A stretch of DNA of 64,000 bases from an uncultured delta proteobacterium (GTDB lineage Bacteria > Desulfobacterota > RBG-13-43-22). Each line of letters opens with the position of its first letter. Within the stretch, counting starts at the first letter, position 1. The translations under genes and the position numbers were made by a program. The stretch covers positions 5,766-69,765 of the forward strand of contig CAWGEQ010000039.1 of NCBI GenBank assembly GCA_963821645.1, written 5' to 3'. A model generated the notes under the pieces. That model was not told the origin of the DNA. It did not search any database and worked only from the letters and a program-made list of their open reading frames with translations. Positions 19,408 to 31,030 of this stretch are shown here, piece after piece.

Positions 19408-20151
19408 TCAAATCGCCACCAACTCCATCTTCCCCCAGACGCCTACCTGATCCCCAATAATGATCAAGACCCCTTCCACCTGGGGAATCTGCCGGGCCCA
19501 ATCCAAGGCCGGTTGAATATCGTTTTTGGTCTGTACCCGGTTACCTACGGCCGTAGCCAGGGCATCGGAGAGCACAGCCGAAGGAGATAACAGGGTTACC
19601 GCATCGGCCTTGCCGAAGCTTAGAGAATGACCCACCGTGCCCGACGAAGTGCAGAGTCCTCTGGGTGTTGGAGATGGGTCCAGCCGGATTCCTAATCTCT
19701 GACTCAAAGGAGACTGCCCGGCATAAATCCCGATGGTCAAAGGTTCAGGGCAAAGGATAAATAAATCCCCGCCGTTTTCAATGATAATGTCCTTCGATTC
19801 GGCCAATAAATCCTGACCGACAAATTGGGCCATGGCCCCGGCCACGGCCGCCATGGGGCCGACTCCGGCAATCCGAGCGGCTTGAAGCATGGCCTGGACA
19901 ATAGGCGGGGCCAGGGGGTCCAAGGCCAGGGGCTGGAGTGCTTCCTTGAATTCAGGGTTTTGTCGGATATAACTTTCCAGGGCATGGCGGTATTGATAAA
20001 CCCGTTCATACCCTTCGGCCGAAAGATTTTTCCTGGCCCGCACCCAGAGGTCGGTTTCTTTGACCTGGACGGTGAAAGAGACCCAATCCGGAGAATTGAT
20101 TTTACTGCGGTAGAACCGTTCCTGATGTTCAATCATAATAAAATGGTTCAA
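19408..20151 (-). CDS. UPF0280 / ApbE-like family protein
   Basis: 247 aa. GVGPMAAVAGAMAQFVG, IIENGGDLF, CTSSGTVGHSLSFGKADAVT, LSDALATAVGN. Confidence 0.7.
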   Translation of the reverse strand: MNHFIMIEHQERFYRSKINSPDWVSFTVQVKETDLWVRARKNLSAEGYERVYQYRHALESYIRQNPEFKEALQPLALDPLAPPIVQAMLQAARIAGVGPMAAVAGAMAQFVGQDLLAESKDIIIENGGDLFILCPEPLTIGIYAGQSPLSQRLGIRLDPSPTPRGLCTSSGTVGHSLSFGKADAVTLLSPSAVLSDALATAVGNRVQTKNDIQPALDWARQIPQVEGVLIIIGDQVGVWGKMELVAI

Positions 20152-20407
20152 GGTACAAGGTGCAAGGTTCGAGGTTAAAGGTCAAGGATCGAGGATCGAA
20201 CATCAAGGTCTAAGGTACAAGGTACAAGGTTCAAGGTTCAGAAGGTCCAAGGTCTGAGGTCACAAACCGTCCAAGTACCTTGCCTTTGTACTGACAAGCT
20301 ATGGTTTCCAACGGTTTATGCATCCAATACACGGCTTACGGCTTTTCCTTATCCCCTTGAACCTTGAACTTTTTACCTTGTGCCTTAAACCTTGAACCTT
20401 AAACCTT
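20145..20407. repeat. inverted AAGGTNC / GNACCTT heptamer array filling the whole UPF0280-dnaE spacer
   Basis: Left arm 20145-20262 (about 16 units), unique centre, right arm 20354-20407. Confidence 0.8.
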
Positions 20408-20410
20408 TTT

Positions 20411-23400
20411 CTATGGATAAACCACTTCCAAAATCGGATGGCAGGAGATGCCCTTTAGTTCTCTTCTTAACCTGGCCGAAGGCCGGATATTCTGGGTTTC
20501 CGGAAGGTTCAACAGGACCTGGCTTTTATCGGGAAGACAGGCGCAAATCTGGACCGGACAGGCGCCGGGATGTCCCTTTAAAAAATCGGATAACTCGATG
20601 ATCCGATCCCGGGTCAGACCTTCTACCGGAATCTTGAGAACGGCCTGCTGGGCCATTTTTTCTTCGGCCTCGGTCAGGAGCAGCATATCATTGGCAATCA
20701 CCTTGATCCCTTTTTCATCCTTGGTGGTAAACCCGGCAATCCACAAGGGACCTTCTTCTTTCAGGACCGTCGATGATTTTCGGTAAACATCCGAAAAAAT
20801 GATGACCTCACAGGAGCCGGTCAGATCTTCAATGGTGGCAAAGGCCATCCGCTCCCCTTTTTTGCTGTTGATCTCTTTCAAGGCCGCCACCATACCGACC
20901 AAACGCACATTTTCTTTGTCCTCATAGTCGGCCAAGGCCTGGATATCGACTGTCTTTAAGTCCGGTAAACTCTCGGCATAGCGGGTCAGGGGATGGCCGG
21001 TGATATAAAAACCCAGGATTTCCTTTTCATAGGAAAGCTTTTGGCTCTCTCTCCATTCTTCAGCCATCGGAGGCTCGATATCGGGGCGGGTTAACCCCGA
21101 ATCTCCTCCCATGGAAAAAAGACTGAACTGATTTTCGGTCTGTTCTTTTTGACGCTGCTGCCCTATCTCCAGGGCTTCGGGTAAAAAGGCCATCAGCCTG
21201 GCCCGGGCCACTCCCAGGGAATCAAAGGCCCCGCATTTAATCAGGCTTTCCACCACCCGGCGATTCACCCGGCGAAGATCCACCCGCTGACAAAAATCGA
21301 TCAGGGACTTGAAGGCCCCCTCCTTCTTTCTGGCCTCGAGGATGGACTCAATGGCCCCGGCCCCGACATTTTTCACCGCCGCCAACCCGAAACGGATCTT
21401 GTCTTCCACCACGGCAAAATCCAATGGACTCAGGTTCACATCGGGCGGCAGGACCACGATCCCTTTTTCCCGGCATTCGGTGATGCATTTGGTCACTTCC
21501 GTTGAATTGCCCATCTTGCTGGTCACCAAAGCGACCATAAAATCCAGAGGATAATGGGCCTTCAGATAGGCGGTCTGGTAGGTAATCAGGGCATAGGCGG
21601 CACTGTGGGACTTGTTGAAACCGTAGCCGCCGAAGGTCTCCATATTTTTAAAAATGGCTTCGGCCTTCTTTTGATCGATTTTTTTCTTTTTGGTCCCATC
21701 CAGAAAGCGGCTTTTCTGCTGGGCCATGACCTCGGGGATCTTTTTACCCATGGCCTTGCGCAAGATGTCGGCCTCTCCCATGGAATAATCGGCCATCAGA
21801 CCGGCGATCTGCATAACCTGCTCCTGATAGACGATAATCCCCAGGGTTTCTTTCAATACCCCTTCCAGGAGGGGATGCGGATATTCTACCGGTACTTCCC
21901 CATGTTTTCTCTTGATATAATCCGCCACCATCCCGCTATTTAAAGGGCCGGGGCGATAGAGGGCATTGAGGGCGATGAGGTCTTCAAAATTCTGGGGTTG
22001 GCTCTTGATCAAAAGGTCCTTCATGCCCGAACTTTCCAATTGAAACACCCCGGTAGTATCCCCTCGGGCTAATAGTTGGTAAGTTTCCGGATCATCCAAG
22101 GGGATCCGAATCAAATCAATCTTGAGGCCGTGGGTCCGTTCGATGGTCCTTAAGGCATACTGGATGATGGTCAGGTTGTTCAAGCCCAGGAGGTCGAACT
22201 TGATCAGGCCCATTTCCTGGACCGATTTCATTTCATACTGGGTCAGGATTTCACCCTTGGGGCCTTTGTATAAGGGAACGGTCTCGGTGATGGGATGGGG
22301 GGAAATGACCACGCCGGCGGCGTGGGTGGAGGCATGGCGGGGAAGTCCCTCCAGGGCTTCGGCAATGGTCAGCAGTTCTTTAATGGTCGGATCGGTTTCC
22401 TTCAGCTCTTTAAGCCGGGGCTCCGCCTCGAGGGCTTCTTTTAAAGTAATGTTTAATTTCGAAGGGATCAGCTTGGCGATCTTATCCACTTCGCCATAAG
22501 GGATATTCAGGGCCCGCCCCACATCCCGAATGACGGCCCGGGCCTGCATCTTTCCAAAAGTGATGATCTGGGCCACATGCTCTTGCCCATATTTCCCGGC
22601 AATGTATTTCAAGACCTCATCCCGCCGTTCTACGCAGAAATCCACGTCGATATCCGGGAGTTCTTTTCGTTCCAGGTTCAGAAAGCGCTCAAAGATCAGG
22701 CCGTAATCCAAAGGATCGATATCGGTAATCCCCAGGGAATAGGCCACCAGACTCCCGGCCCCGGAACCCCGGCCGGGTCCGACCGGAATCCCTTGCTGCT
22801 TGGCAAACCCCACATAATCGGCCACGACCAAAAAATATCCGGAAAATCCCGTTGTGGTGATTACCATCAGTTCCTTTTCCAGGCGGTCCCGATACTCTTT
22901 AAAACGCGACGGGGGAAAGGAGGGATCCAGTTGTTCCTTCATTGACAGTCTTTTCTCCAGACCGGCGCGGGCCTCATTTTTAAGCCGGCCGTCCATGGTC
23001 TCTTCCGGGGGCAAGGGATAGCGGGGGAGAAAAGATTGGCCGAAGTTCAATTCCAGGTTGCAGCGATCGGCAATGCGCAGGGTATTTTGGATGGCTTCCG
23101 GCAAGTCTGAAAAAAGGGCCGTCATCTCTTCCGGTGATTTGAAATAAAGCTGATTGGTGGAAAAACGCAACCGGTTGGGGTCTTCAACGGTCTTCCCGGT
23201 CTGGATGCAAAGCAAGACGTCATGGGCCTTGGACTCTTCCTGGGTCAGGTAATGACAATCGTTGGTGGCCACGATGGGTATGCCCAACTGACGGTGGATC
23301 TCCAGCAACCCCTTATTGACGATTTCCTGCTCGGGGATATCGTTTTTTTGCAGTTCAAGAAAAAAACGATCCTGATCGAAGATCTCGGCCATTTCCCGGG

Positions 23401-23836
23401 TGATTTTTAAAGCCCGGTCATAGTCGTTATTAAGCAAGGCATAGGGGATTTCGCCGTGAAGACAGGCCGACAGGGCGATCAATCCTTTATGATGCTCCTT
23501 CAGAAGCTCCCGGTCGATCCTGGGTTTATAATAAAAACCTTCAAAATAGGCCTGGGTCACCAATTTGACTAAGTTACGATAACCCTTTTCATTTTTGCAG
23601 AGCAAGACCAAGTGGAAGGCGTTTTCCCTGTGGGGATGGCCCTCTTTATCAAAGCGGCTTCCCGGGGCCACATACATTTCGCAGCCGATGATGGGTTTCA
23701 GTCCATGTTTCTGGGCCTGTTTATAAAACTCCACCATGCCGAAGATGTTGCCGTGATCGGTCATGGTTATGGCCGGGAGTTTGAAGGCCTGGGCCTTTTC
23801 AAACAACTCTTTGAGCCTTATCTCACCATCCAGCAA
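20411..23836 (-). CDS. dnaE: DNA polymerase III alpha subunit, downstream duplicate: complete C-terminus, lacks native start
   Basis: 1141 aa with PHP, polymerase core, OB and C-terminal domains. Frame is open only from a stop at 23915-23917. First usable start is TTG 23836, so the first 17 aa including part of HLHLHTQYS are missing. Confidence 0.85.
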   Translation of the reverse strand: MLDGEIRLKELFEKAQAFKLPAITMTDHGNIFGMVEFYKQAQKHGLKPIIGCEMYVAPGSRFDKEGHPHRENAFHLVLLCKNEKGYRNLVKLVTQAYFEGFYYKPRIDRELLKEHHKGLIALSACLHGEIPYALLNNDYDRALKITREMAEIFDQDRFFLELQKNDIPEQEIVNKGLLEIHRQLGIPIVATNDCHYLTQEESKAHDVLLCIQTGKTVEDPNRLRFSTNQLYFKSPEEMTALFSDLPEAIQNTLRIADRCNLELNFGQSFLPRYPLPPEETMDGRLKNEARAGLEKRLSMKEQLDPSFPPSRFKEYRDRLEKELMVITTTGFSGYFLVVADYVGFAKQQGIPVGPGRGSGAGSLVAYSLGITDIDPLDYGLIFERFLNLERKELPDIDVDFCVERRDEVLKYIAGKYGQEHVAQIITFGKMQARAVIRDVGRALNIPYGEVDKIAKLIPSKLNITLKEALEAEPRLKELKETDPTIKELLTIAEALEGLPRHASTHAAGVVISPHPITETVPLYKGPKGEILTQYEMKSVQEMGLIKFDLLGLNNLTIIQYALRTIERTHGLKIDLIRIPLDDPETYQLLARGDTTGVFQLESSGMKDLLIKSQPQNFEDLIALNALYRPGPLNSGMVADYIKRKHGEVPVEYPHPLLEGVLKETLGIIVYQEQVMQIAGLMADYSMGEADILRKAMGKKIPEVMAQQKSRFLDGTKKKKIDQKKAEAIFKNMETFGGYGFNKSHSAAYALITYQTAYLKAHYPLDFMVALVTSKMGNSTEVTKCITECREKGIVVLPPDVNLSPLDFAVVEDKIRFGLAAVKNVGAGAIESILEARKKEGAFKSLIDFCQRVDLRRVNRRVVESLIKCGAFDSLGVARARLMAFLPEALEIGQQRQKEQTENQFSLFSMGGDSGLTRPDIEPPMAEEWRESQKLSYEKEILGFYITGHPLTRYAESLPDLKTVDIQALADYEDKENVRLVGMVAALKEINSKKGERMAFATIEDLTGSCEVIIFSDVYRKSSTVLKEEGPLWIAGFTTKDEKGIKVIANDMLLLTEAEEKMAQQAVLKIPVEGLTRDRIIELSDFLKGHPGACPVQICACLPDKSQVLLNLPETQNIRPSARLRRELKGISCHPILEVVYP

Positions 23837-23938
23837 GCTGTACTGGGTATGGAGATGGAGATGGACAAACGGGGCTTGAGAACGGCTGCTGGGCCATTTT
23901 TTCTTCGGCCTCGGTCAGGAGCTGCATATCATTGGCAA

Positions 23939-26900
23939 TCACCTTGATCCCTTTTTCGCCTTGGTGGTAAACCCGGCAATCCACAAGGGACCTTCTTCTT
24001 TCAGAACCGTCGATGATTTTCGGTAAACATGAGAAAAAATGATGACCTCACAGGAGCCGGTCAGATCTTCAATGGTGGCAAAGGCCATCCGCTCCCCTTT
24101 TTTGCTGTTGATCTCTTTTAAGGCCGCCACCATACCGACCAAACGCACATTTTCTTTGTCCTCATAGTCGGCCAAGGCCTGGATATCGACTGTCTTTAAG
24201 TCCGGTAAACTCTCGGCATAGCGGGTCAGGGGATGGCCGGTGATATAAAAACCCAGGATTTCCTTTTCATAGGAAAGCTTTTGGCTCTCTCTCCATTCTT
24301 CAGCCATCGGAGGCTCGATATCGGGGCGGGTTAATCCAGAATCTCCTCCCATGGAAAAAAGACTGAACTGATTTTCGGTCTGTTCTTTCTGACGCTGCTG
24401 CCCTATCTCCAGGGCTTCGGGTAAAAAGGCCATCAGCCTGGCCCGGGCCACTCCCAGGGAATCAAAGGCCCCGCATTTAATCAGGCTTTCCACCACCCGG
24501 CGATTCACCCGGCGAAGATCCACCCGCTGACAAAAATCGATCAGGGACTTGAAGGCCCCCTCCTTCTTTCTGGCCTCTAAGATGGACTCAATGGCCCCGG
24601 CACCGACATTTTTCACCGCCGCCAACCCGAAACGGATCTTGTCTTCCACCACGGCAAAATCCAATGGACTCAGATTCACATCGGGCGGCAGGACCACGAT
24701 CCCTTTTTCCCGGCATTCGGTGATGCATTTGGTCACCTCCGTTGAATTGCCCATCTTGCTGGTCACCAAAGCGACCATAAAATCCAGAGGATAATGGGCC
24801 TTCAGATAGGCGGTCTGGTAGGTAATCAGGGCATAAGCGGCGCTGTGGGACTTGTTGAAACCGTAGCCGCCAAAGGTTTCCATATTTTTAAAAATGGCTT
24901 CGGCCTTCTTTTGATCAATTTTTTTCTTTTTGGTCCCATCCAGAAAGCGGCTTTTCTGCTGGGCCATGACCTCGGGGATCTTTTTACCCATGGCCTTGCG
25001 CAAGATGTCGGCCTCTCCCATGGAATAATCGGCCATCAGACCGGCGATCTGCATAACCTGCTCCTGATAGACGATAATCCCCAGGGTTTCTTTCAATACC
25101 CCTTCCAGGAGGGGATGCGGATATTCTACCGGTACTTCCCCATGTTTTCTCTTGATATAATCCGCCACCATCCCGCTATTTAAAGGGCCGGGGCGATAGA
25201 GGGCATTGAGGGCGATGAGGTCTTCAAAATTCTGGGGTTGGCTCTTGATCAAAAGGTCCTTCATGCCCGAACTTTCCAATTGAAACACCCCGGTAGTATC
25301 CCCTCGGGCCAATAGTTGGTAAGTTTCCGGATCATCCAAGGGGATCCGAATCAAATCAATCTTGAGGCCGTGGGTCCGTTCGATGGTCCTTAAGGCATAC
25401 TGGATGATGGTCAGGTTGTTCAAGCCCAGGAGGTCGAACTTGATCAGGCCCATATCCTGGACCGATTTCATTTCATACTGGGTCAGGATTTCACCCTTGG
25501 GGCCTTTATATAAGGGAACGGTCTCGGTGATGGGATGGGGGGAAATGACCACGCCGGCGGCGTGGGTGGAGGCATGGCGGGGAAGTCCCTCCAGGGCTTC
25601 GGCAATGGTCAGCAGTTCTTTAATGGTCGGATCGGTTTCCTTCAGCTCTTTAAGCCGGGGCTCCGCCTCAAGGGCTTCTTTTAAAGTAATGTTTAATTTC
25701 GAAGGGATCAGCTTGGCGATCTTATCCACTTCGCCATAAGGGATATTCAGGGCCCGCCCCACATCCCGAATGACGGCCCGGGCCTGCATCTTTCCAAAAG
25801 TGATGATCTGGGCCACATGCTCTTGCCCGTATTTCCCGGCAATGTATTTTAAGACCTCATCCCGCCGTTCTACGCAGAAATCCACGTCGATATCCGGGAG
25901 TTCTTTTCGTTCCACGTTCAGAAAGCGCTCAAAGATCAGGCCGTAATCCAACGGATCGATATCGGTAATCCCCAGGGAATAGGCCACCAGACTCCCGGCC
26001 CCGGAACCCCGGCCGGGTCCGACCGGAATCCCTTGCTGCTTGGCAAACCCCACATAATCGGCCACGACCAAAAAATATCCGGAAAATCCCGTTGTGGTGA
26101 TTACCGTGAGTTCCTTTTCCAGGCGGTCCCGATACTCTTTAAAACGCGACGGGGGAAAGGAGGGATCCAGTTGTTCCTTCATGGACAGTCTTTTCTCCAG
26201 ACCGGCGCGGGCCTCATTTTTAAGCCGGCCGTCCATGGTCTCTTCCGGGGGCAAGGGATAGCGGGGGAGAAAAGATTGGCCGAAGTTCAATTCCAGGTTG
26301 CAACGATCGGCAATGCGCAGGGTATTTTGGATGGCTTCCGGCAAGTCTGAAAAAAGGGCCGTCATCTCTTCCGGTGATTTGAAATAAAGCTGATTGGTGG
26401 AAAAACGCAACCGGTTGGGGTCTTCAACGGTCTTCCCGGTCTGGATGCAAAGCAAGACGTCATGGGCCTTGGCCTCTTCCTGGGTCAGATAATGACAGTC
26501 ATTAGTAGCCACTATGGGGAGACCCAACTGACGGCTGATTTCCAACAAACCCTTGTTGACGATTTCCTGTTCCGGGATATCATTCTTTTGCAGTTCAAGA
26601 AAAAAACGATCCTGATCGAAGATCTCGGCCATTTCCCGGGTGATTTTTAAAGCCCGGTCATAGTCTTTATTAAGCAAGGCATAGGGGATTTCGCCGTGAA
26701 GACAGGCCGACAGGGCGATCAATCCTTTATGATGCTCCTTCAGGAGTTCCCGGTCGATCCTGGGTTTATAATAAAAACCTTCGAAATAGGCCTGGGTCAC
26801 CAATTTGACTAAGTTACGATAACCCTTTTCATTTTTGCAGAGCAAGACCAGGTGGAAGGCGTTTTCCCTGTGGGGATGGCCCTCTTTATCGAAGCGGCTT

Positions 26901-27124
26901 CCCGGGGCCACATACATTTCGCAGCCGATGATGGGTTTCAGTCCATGTTTCTGGGCCTGTTTATAAAACTCCACCATGCCGAAGATGTTGCCGTGATCGG
27001 TCATGGTTATGGCCGGGAGTTTGAAGGCCTGGGCCTTTTCAAACAACTCTTTGAGCCTTATCTCCCCATCCAGCAAGCTGTACTGGGTATGGAGATGGAG
27101 ATGGACAAACGGGGCGTGGGGCAT
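23939..27124 (-). CDS. dnaE: DNA polymerase III alpha subunit, upstream duplicate: native start, C-terminally truncated by a 1-nt deletion
   Basis: Starts MPHAPFVHLHLHTQYSLLDG (ATG 27124). Collinear with the other copy, with 8 aa differences. Ends ...GFTTKAKKGSR, about 100 aa short. Confidence 0.85.
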   Translation of the reverse strand: MPHAPFVHLHLHTQYSLLDGEIRLKELFEKAQAFKLPAITMTDHGNIFGMVEFYKQAQKHGLKPIIGCEMYVAPGSRFDKEGHPHRENAFHLVLLCKNEKGYRNLVKLVTQAYFEGFYYKPRIDRELLKEHHKGLIALSACLHGEIPYALLNKDYDRALKITREMAEIFDQDRFFLELQKNDIPEQEIVNKGLLEISRQLGLPIVATNDCHYLTQEEAKAHDVLLCIQTGKTVEDPNRLRFSTNQLYFKSPEEMTALFSDLPEAIQNTLRIADRCNLELNFGQSFLPRYPLPPEETMDGRLKNEARAGLEKRLSMKEQLDPSFPPSRFKEYRDRLEKELTVITTTGFSGYFLVVADYVGFAKQQGIPVGPGRGSGAGSLVAYSLGITDIDPLDYGLIFERFLNVERKELPDIDVDFCVERRDEVLKYIAGKYGQEHVAQIITFGKMQARAVIRDVGRALNIPYGEVDKIAKLIPSKLNITLKEALEAEPRLKELKETDPTIKELLTIAEALEGLPRHASTHAAGVVISPHPITETVPLYKGPKGEILTQYEMKSVQDMGLIKFDLLGLNNLTIIQYALRTIERTHGLKIDLIRIPLDDPETYQLLARGDTTGVFQLESSGMKDLLIKSQPQNFEDLIALNALYRPGPLNSGMVADYIKRKHGEVPVEYPHPLLEGVLKETLGIIVYQEQVMQIAGLMADYSMGEADILRKAMGKKIPEVMAQQKSRFLDGTKKKKIDQKKAEAIFKNMETFGGYGFNKSHSAAYALITYQTAYLKAHYPLDFMVALVTSKMGNSTEVTKCITECREKGIVVLPPDVNLSPLDFAVVEDKIRFGLAAVKNVGAGAIESILEARKKEGAFKSLIDFCQRVDLRRVNRRVVESLIKCGAFDSLGVARARLMAFLPEALEIGQQRQKEQTENQFSLFSMGGDSGLTRPDIEPPMAEEWRESQKLSYEKEILGFYITGHPLTRYAESLPDLKTVDIQALADYEDKENVRLVGMVAALKEINSKKGERMAFATIEDLTGSCEVIIFSHVYRKSSTVLKEEGPLWIAGFTTKAKKGSR

Positions 27125-27133
27125 CTTTAATCC

Positions 27134-27355
27134 AGGTATAAGGTACAAGGTGCAAGGTGTAAGGTTAAAAACAACAAACTTCCTCTATGCTTTGAGCTTA
27201 TTTGTTTGCAATATATTTTTCTCCCTCTTACATCCCACATCTTATCCCTTGCCTCCTGATCCCTTAATTCTTTGGGTTTGCACCCTGCGTCTTAACCTTG
27301 CACCTTGGACCTTATACCTTGAACCCTTCACCTTGTACCTTGGGCCTTGCACCTT
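27134..27355. repeat. inverted AAGGTNC / GNACCTT heptamer array (dnaE-guaA spacer)
   Basis: Left arm 27134-27167, ~125-nt centre, right arm 27293-27355. Confidence 0.8.
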
Positions 27356-27359
27356 TCTT

Positions 27360-28919
27360 TCATTCCCACTCGATCGTACTGGGGGGCTTGGAAGAGATAT
27401 CGAAGACAACCCGGTTGACCCCTTTGACTTCATTGATGATCCGGTTGGAAAGGCGACTTAAAAGGTCATAGGGGATCCGGGTCCAGTCCGCCGTCATGGC
27501 ATCCAGACTGTCGACGATGCGCAAGGCGATGACATGTTCATAGGTTCGCTCATCCCCCATGACTCCCACGGTCTTGATCGGCAGCAGAACGGCAAAAGAC
27601 TGCCAGACCTTGGTGTACAAGTCGGCCTTTCTTATCTCTTCCCAGACGATGGTATCGGCCTGACGGAGGATGGACAAACGGGCCTCGGTCACCTCCCCCA
27701 GGATACGGATGGCCAGTCCCGGCCCGGGGAAAGGCTGCCGGTTGACGACCTCTTCGGGCAGGCCAAGGTTGCGGCCCACTTCACGCCCCTCATCTTTAAA
27801 CAACTCCCGCAGGGGCTCGATGAGTTTTAATTTCATTCGGGCCGGAAGTCCGCCCACATTATGATGGGTCTTGATCGTAGCCGAAGGGCCTCTAAACGAG
27901 ACCGATTCGATCACATCCGGATACAGGGTGCCCTGGGCCAGGAAACGGACGGGGCCGATCTTTCTGGCCTCGGCTTCAAAAATTCGGATAAATTCATGAC
28001 CGATGATGGTCCGCTTTTTTTCCGGGTCGATCACCCCTTGGAGTTTTTTTAGAAATGACCTGGAGGCATCCACATAAACCAAGGGGATATGATAATGGCC
28101 CCGGAAAAGTTTGACCACCTTCTCGGCCTCTCCGCTGCGCAGCACCCCATTGTTGACAAAGATACAGGTCAATTGTTTGCCGATGGCCTGATGGAGCAGG
28201 ACCGCCACCACCGAAGAATCTACCCCGCCGGAAAGGGCGCAGATCACTTTTTCGTGGCCCACCTGTTGTCGAATGGCGGTGATGGTCTGTTTGATAAAAG
28301 AACTGGGGGTCCATAAAGGTTTCAGACGGCAGACCTTAAAAAGAAAATTCTTCAGGATCCGCTGCCCGGATGGGGTATGGACCACTTCAGGATGGAACTG
28401 GACCCCGAAGACCGTGCGGGCCTGGTTACCCATGGCCGCCACCGGCGCATTATGGCTTTGGGCAATGGCTACAAAACCTTTGGGAAGCTTTTCGATCCGG
28501 TCCCCATGACTCATCCAGACGACCTGACTCTTTTTCCCTCCCCCTTTGTCCAGTCCGAAGAAGAGGTCTTGAAAATCCAGAAAATTGAGTTCCACCCGGC
28601 CGTATTCTCTTTTGGCCGACCGCCCTACCCGGCCTTTTAACTGATGGGTGATCCACTGCATGCCATAACAGATTCCCAAAATCGGGATCCCTAAATCCAA
28701 AATTTTCGGGTCCGGGATAGGGGCCTTGGGATCATAAACGCTGGCCGGGCTTCCGGACAGGATAATCCCCTTGGGATCGAAGGCCTTGATTTTTTCCCAA
28801 GGCCAATTAAAGGGATGGATCTCGCAGTAAACCTTGGCCTCCCGGACCCGGCGGGCAATGAGCTGGGTCGTCTGGGAGCCAAAATCTAAAATGAGGACTT
28901 TTTGACTGTGTATGTCCAT
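27360..28919 (-). CDS. guaA: GMP synthase (glutamine-hydrolysing)
   Basis: 519 aa. GATase (GICYGMQ), ATP-PPase SGGVDSS, C-terminal ...PPSTIEWE. Confidence 0.95.
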   Translation of the reverse strand: MDIHSQKVLILDFGSQTTQLIARRVREAKVYCEIHPFNWPWEKIKAFDPKGIILSGSPASVYDPKAPIPDPKILDLGIPILGICYGMQWITHQLKGRVGRSAKREYGRVELNFLDFQDLFFGLDKGGGKKSQVVWMSHGDRIEKLPKGFVAIAQSHNAPVAAMGNQARTVFGVQFHPEVVHTPSGQRILKNFLFKVCRLKPLWTPSSFIKQTITAIRQQVGHEKVICALSGGVDSSVVAVLLHQAIGKQLTCIFVNNGVLRSGEAEKVVKLFRGHYHIPLVYVDASRSFLKKLQGVIDPEKKRTIIGHEFIRIFEAEARKIGPVRFLAQGTLYPDVIESVSFRGPSATIKTHHNVGGLPARMKLKLIEPLRELFKDEGREVGRNLGLPEEVVNRQPFPGPGLAIRILGEVTEARLSILRQADTIVWEEIRKADLYTKVWQSFAVLLPIKTVGVMGDERTYEHVIALRIVDSLDAMTADWTRIPYDLLSRLSNRIINEVKGVNRVVFDISSKPPSTIEWE

Positions 28920-28934
28920 TTTTAATACCTATTG

Positions 28935-28970
28935 GGTTTAAGGTTCAAGGTATAAGGTCTACGGTTGAGG
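28935..28970. repeat. AAGGTNC-type arm flanking the four-helix-bundle gene
   Basis: ggtttaaggttcaaggtataaggtctacggttgagg. 13-nt perfect complement (caaggtataaggt) to 29365-29398. Confidence 0.75.
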
Positions 28971-28978
28971 AAAAAACA

Positions 28979-29335
28979 TTAATTCTTTGATCTGGCTTGA
29001 ATCAATTTTGTTAACATACTTGAAATGGCTTGACATTCATTCTGTATGTGGATGAGATTTTCCTGATTTATGTAACCTATTTCAAAAGAAATAAGCGCTT
29101 GTGTTAATAGTTCGGCCAGAGAACCTTTAGCCATAAAAAAATACTGAACAGATTGCTTGTTGGTTTTTAATTCATCTCCTTCTGCGATATTGCTCGGAAC
29201 GGATACCGCAGCCCGACGAATCTGGTCTCTCAAACCATAATCTTTGGAAAAAGGTCCTTCATTGGTTAATTGGTAAATAAAAACGGCCAAAATTTTTGCT
29301 CGTTGCCAGACTTTTAAGTCGAAGAAGTTTCCCAT
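28979..29335 (-). CDS. four-helix-bundle protein (23S rRNA intervening-sequence protein family)
   Basis: 118 aa. DLKVWQRA, LRDQIRRAAVSVPSNIAEG, AKGSLAELLTQ. More AT-rich than guaA/guaB. Confidence 0.85.
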   Translation of the reverse strand: MGNFFDLKVWQRAKILAVFIYQLTNEGPFSKDYGLRDQIRRAAVSVPSNIAEGDELKTNKQSVQYFFMAKGSLAELLTQALISFEIGYINQENLIHIQNECQAISSMLTKLIQARSKN

Positions 29336-29364
29336 GACTTCTCCTCTATTTTCATTTTTTTATT

Positions 29365-29397
29365 TACCTTGGACCTTACACCTTATACCTTGGACCT

Positions 29398-29398
<1 letters not shown>
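29365..29398. repeat. GNACCTT-type arm flanking the four-helix-bundle gene
   Basis: taccttggaccttacaccttataccttggacctt. Abuts the guaB stop codon. Confidence 0.75.
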
Positions 29399-31029
<1,631 letters not shown>

Positions 31030-31030
31030 T

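Noticed and set aside
19305-20407. Heptamer arrays as a possible CRISPR array
   Set aside because: The period is 7 nt with no spacers, the units are degenerate, the arms are inverted, and there are no cas genes in the window.
21309-26650. Paired + strand ORFs repeated 3240 nt apart (for example 21554..21943 and 24794..25183)
   Set aside because: They are antisense shadows of the two dnaE copies. Their duplication simply reflects the dnaE duplication.
20411-27148. Two dnaE genes as ordinary paralogs (dnaE1/dnaE2) or an intein/split arrangement
   Set aside because: The copies are collinear and nearly identical at the nucleotide level, share one register and are joined head-to-tail. No intein motifs are present.
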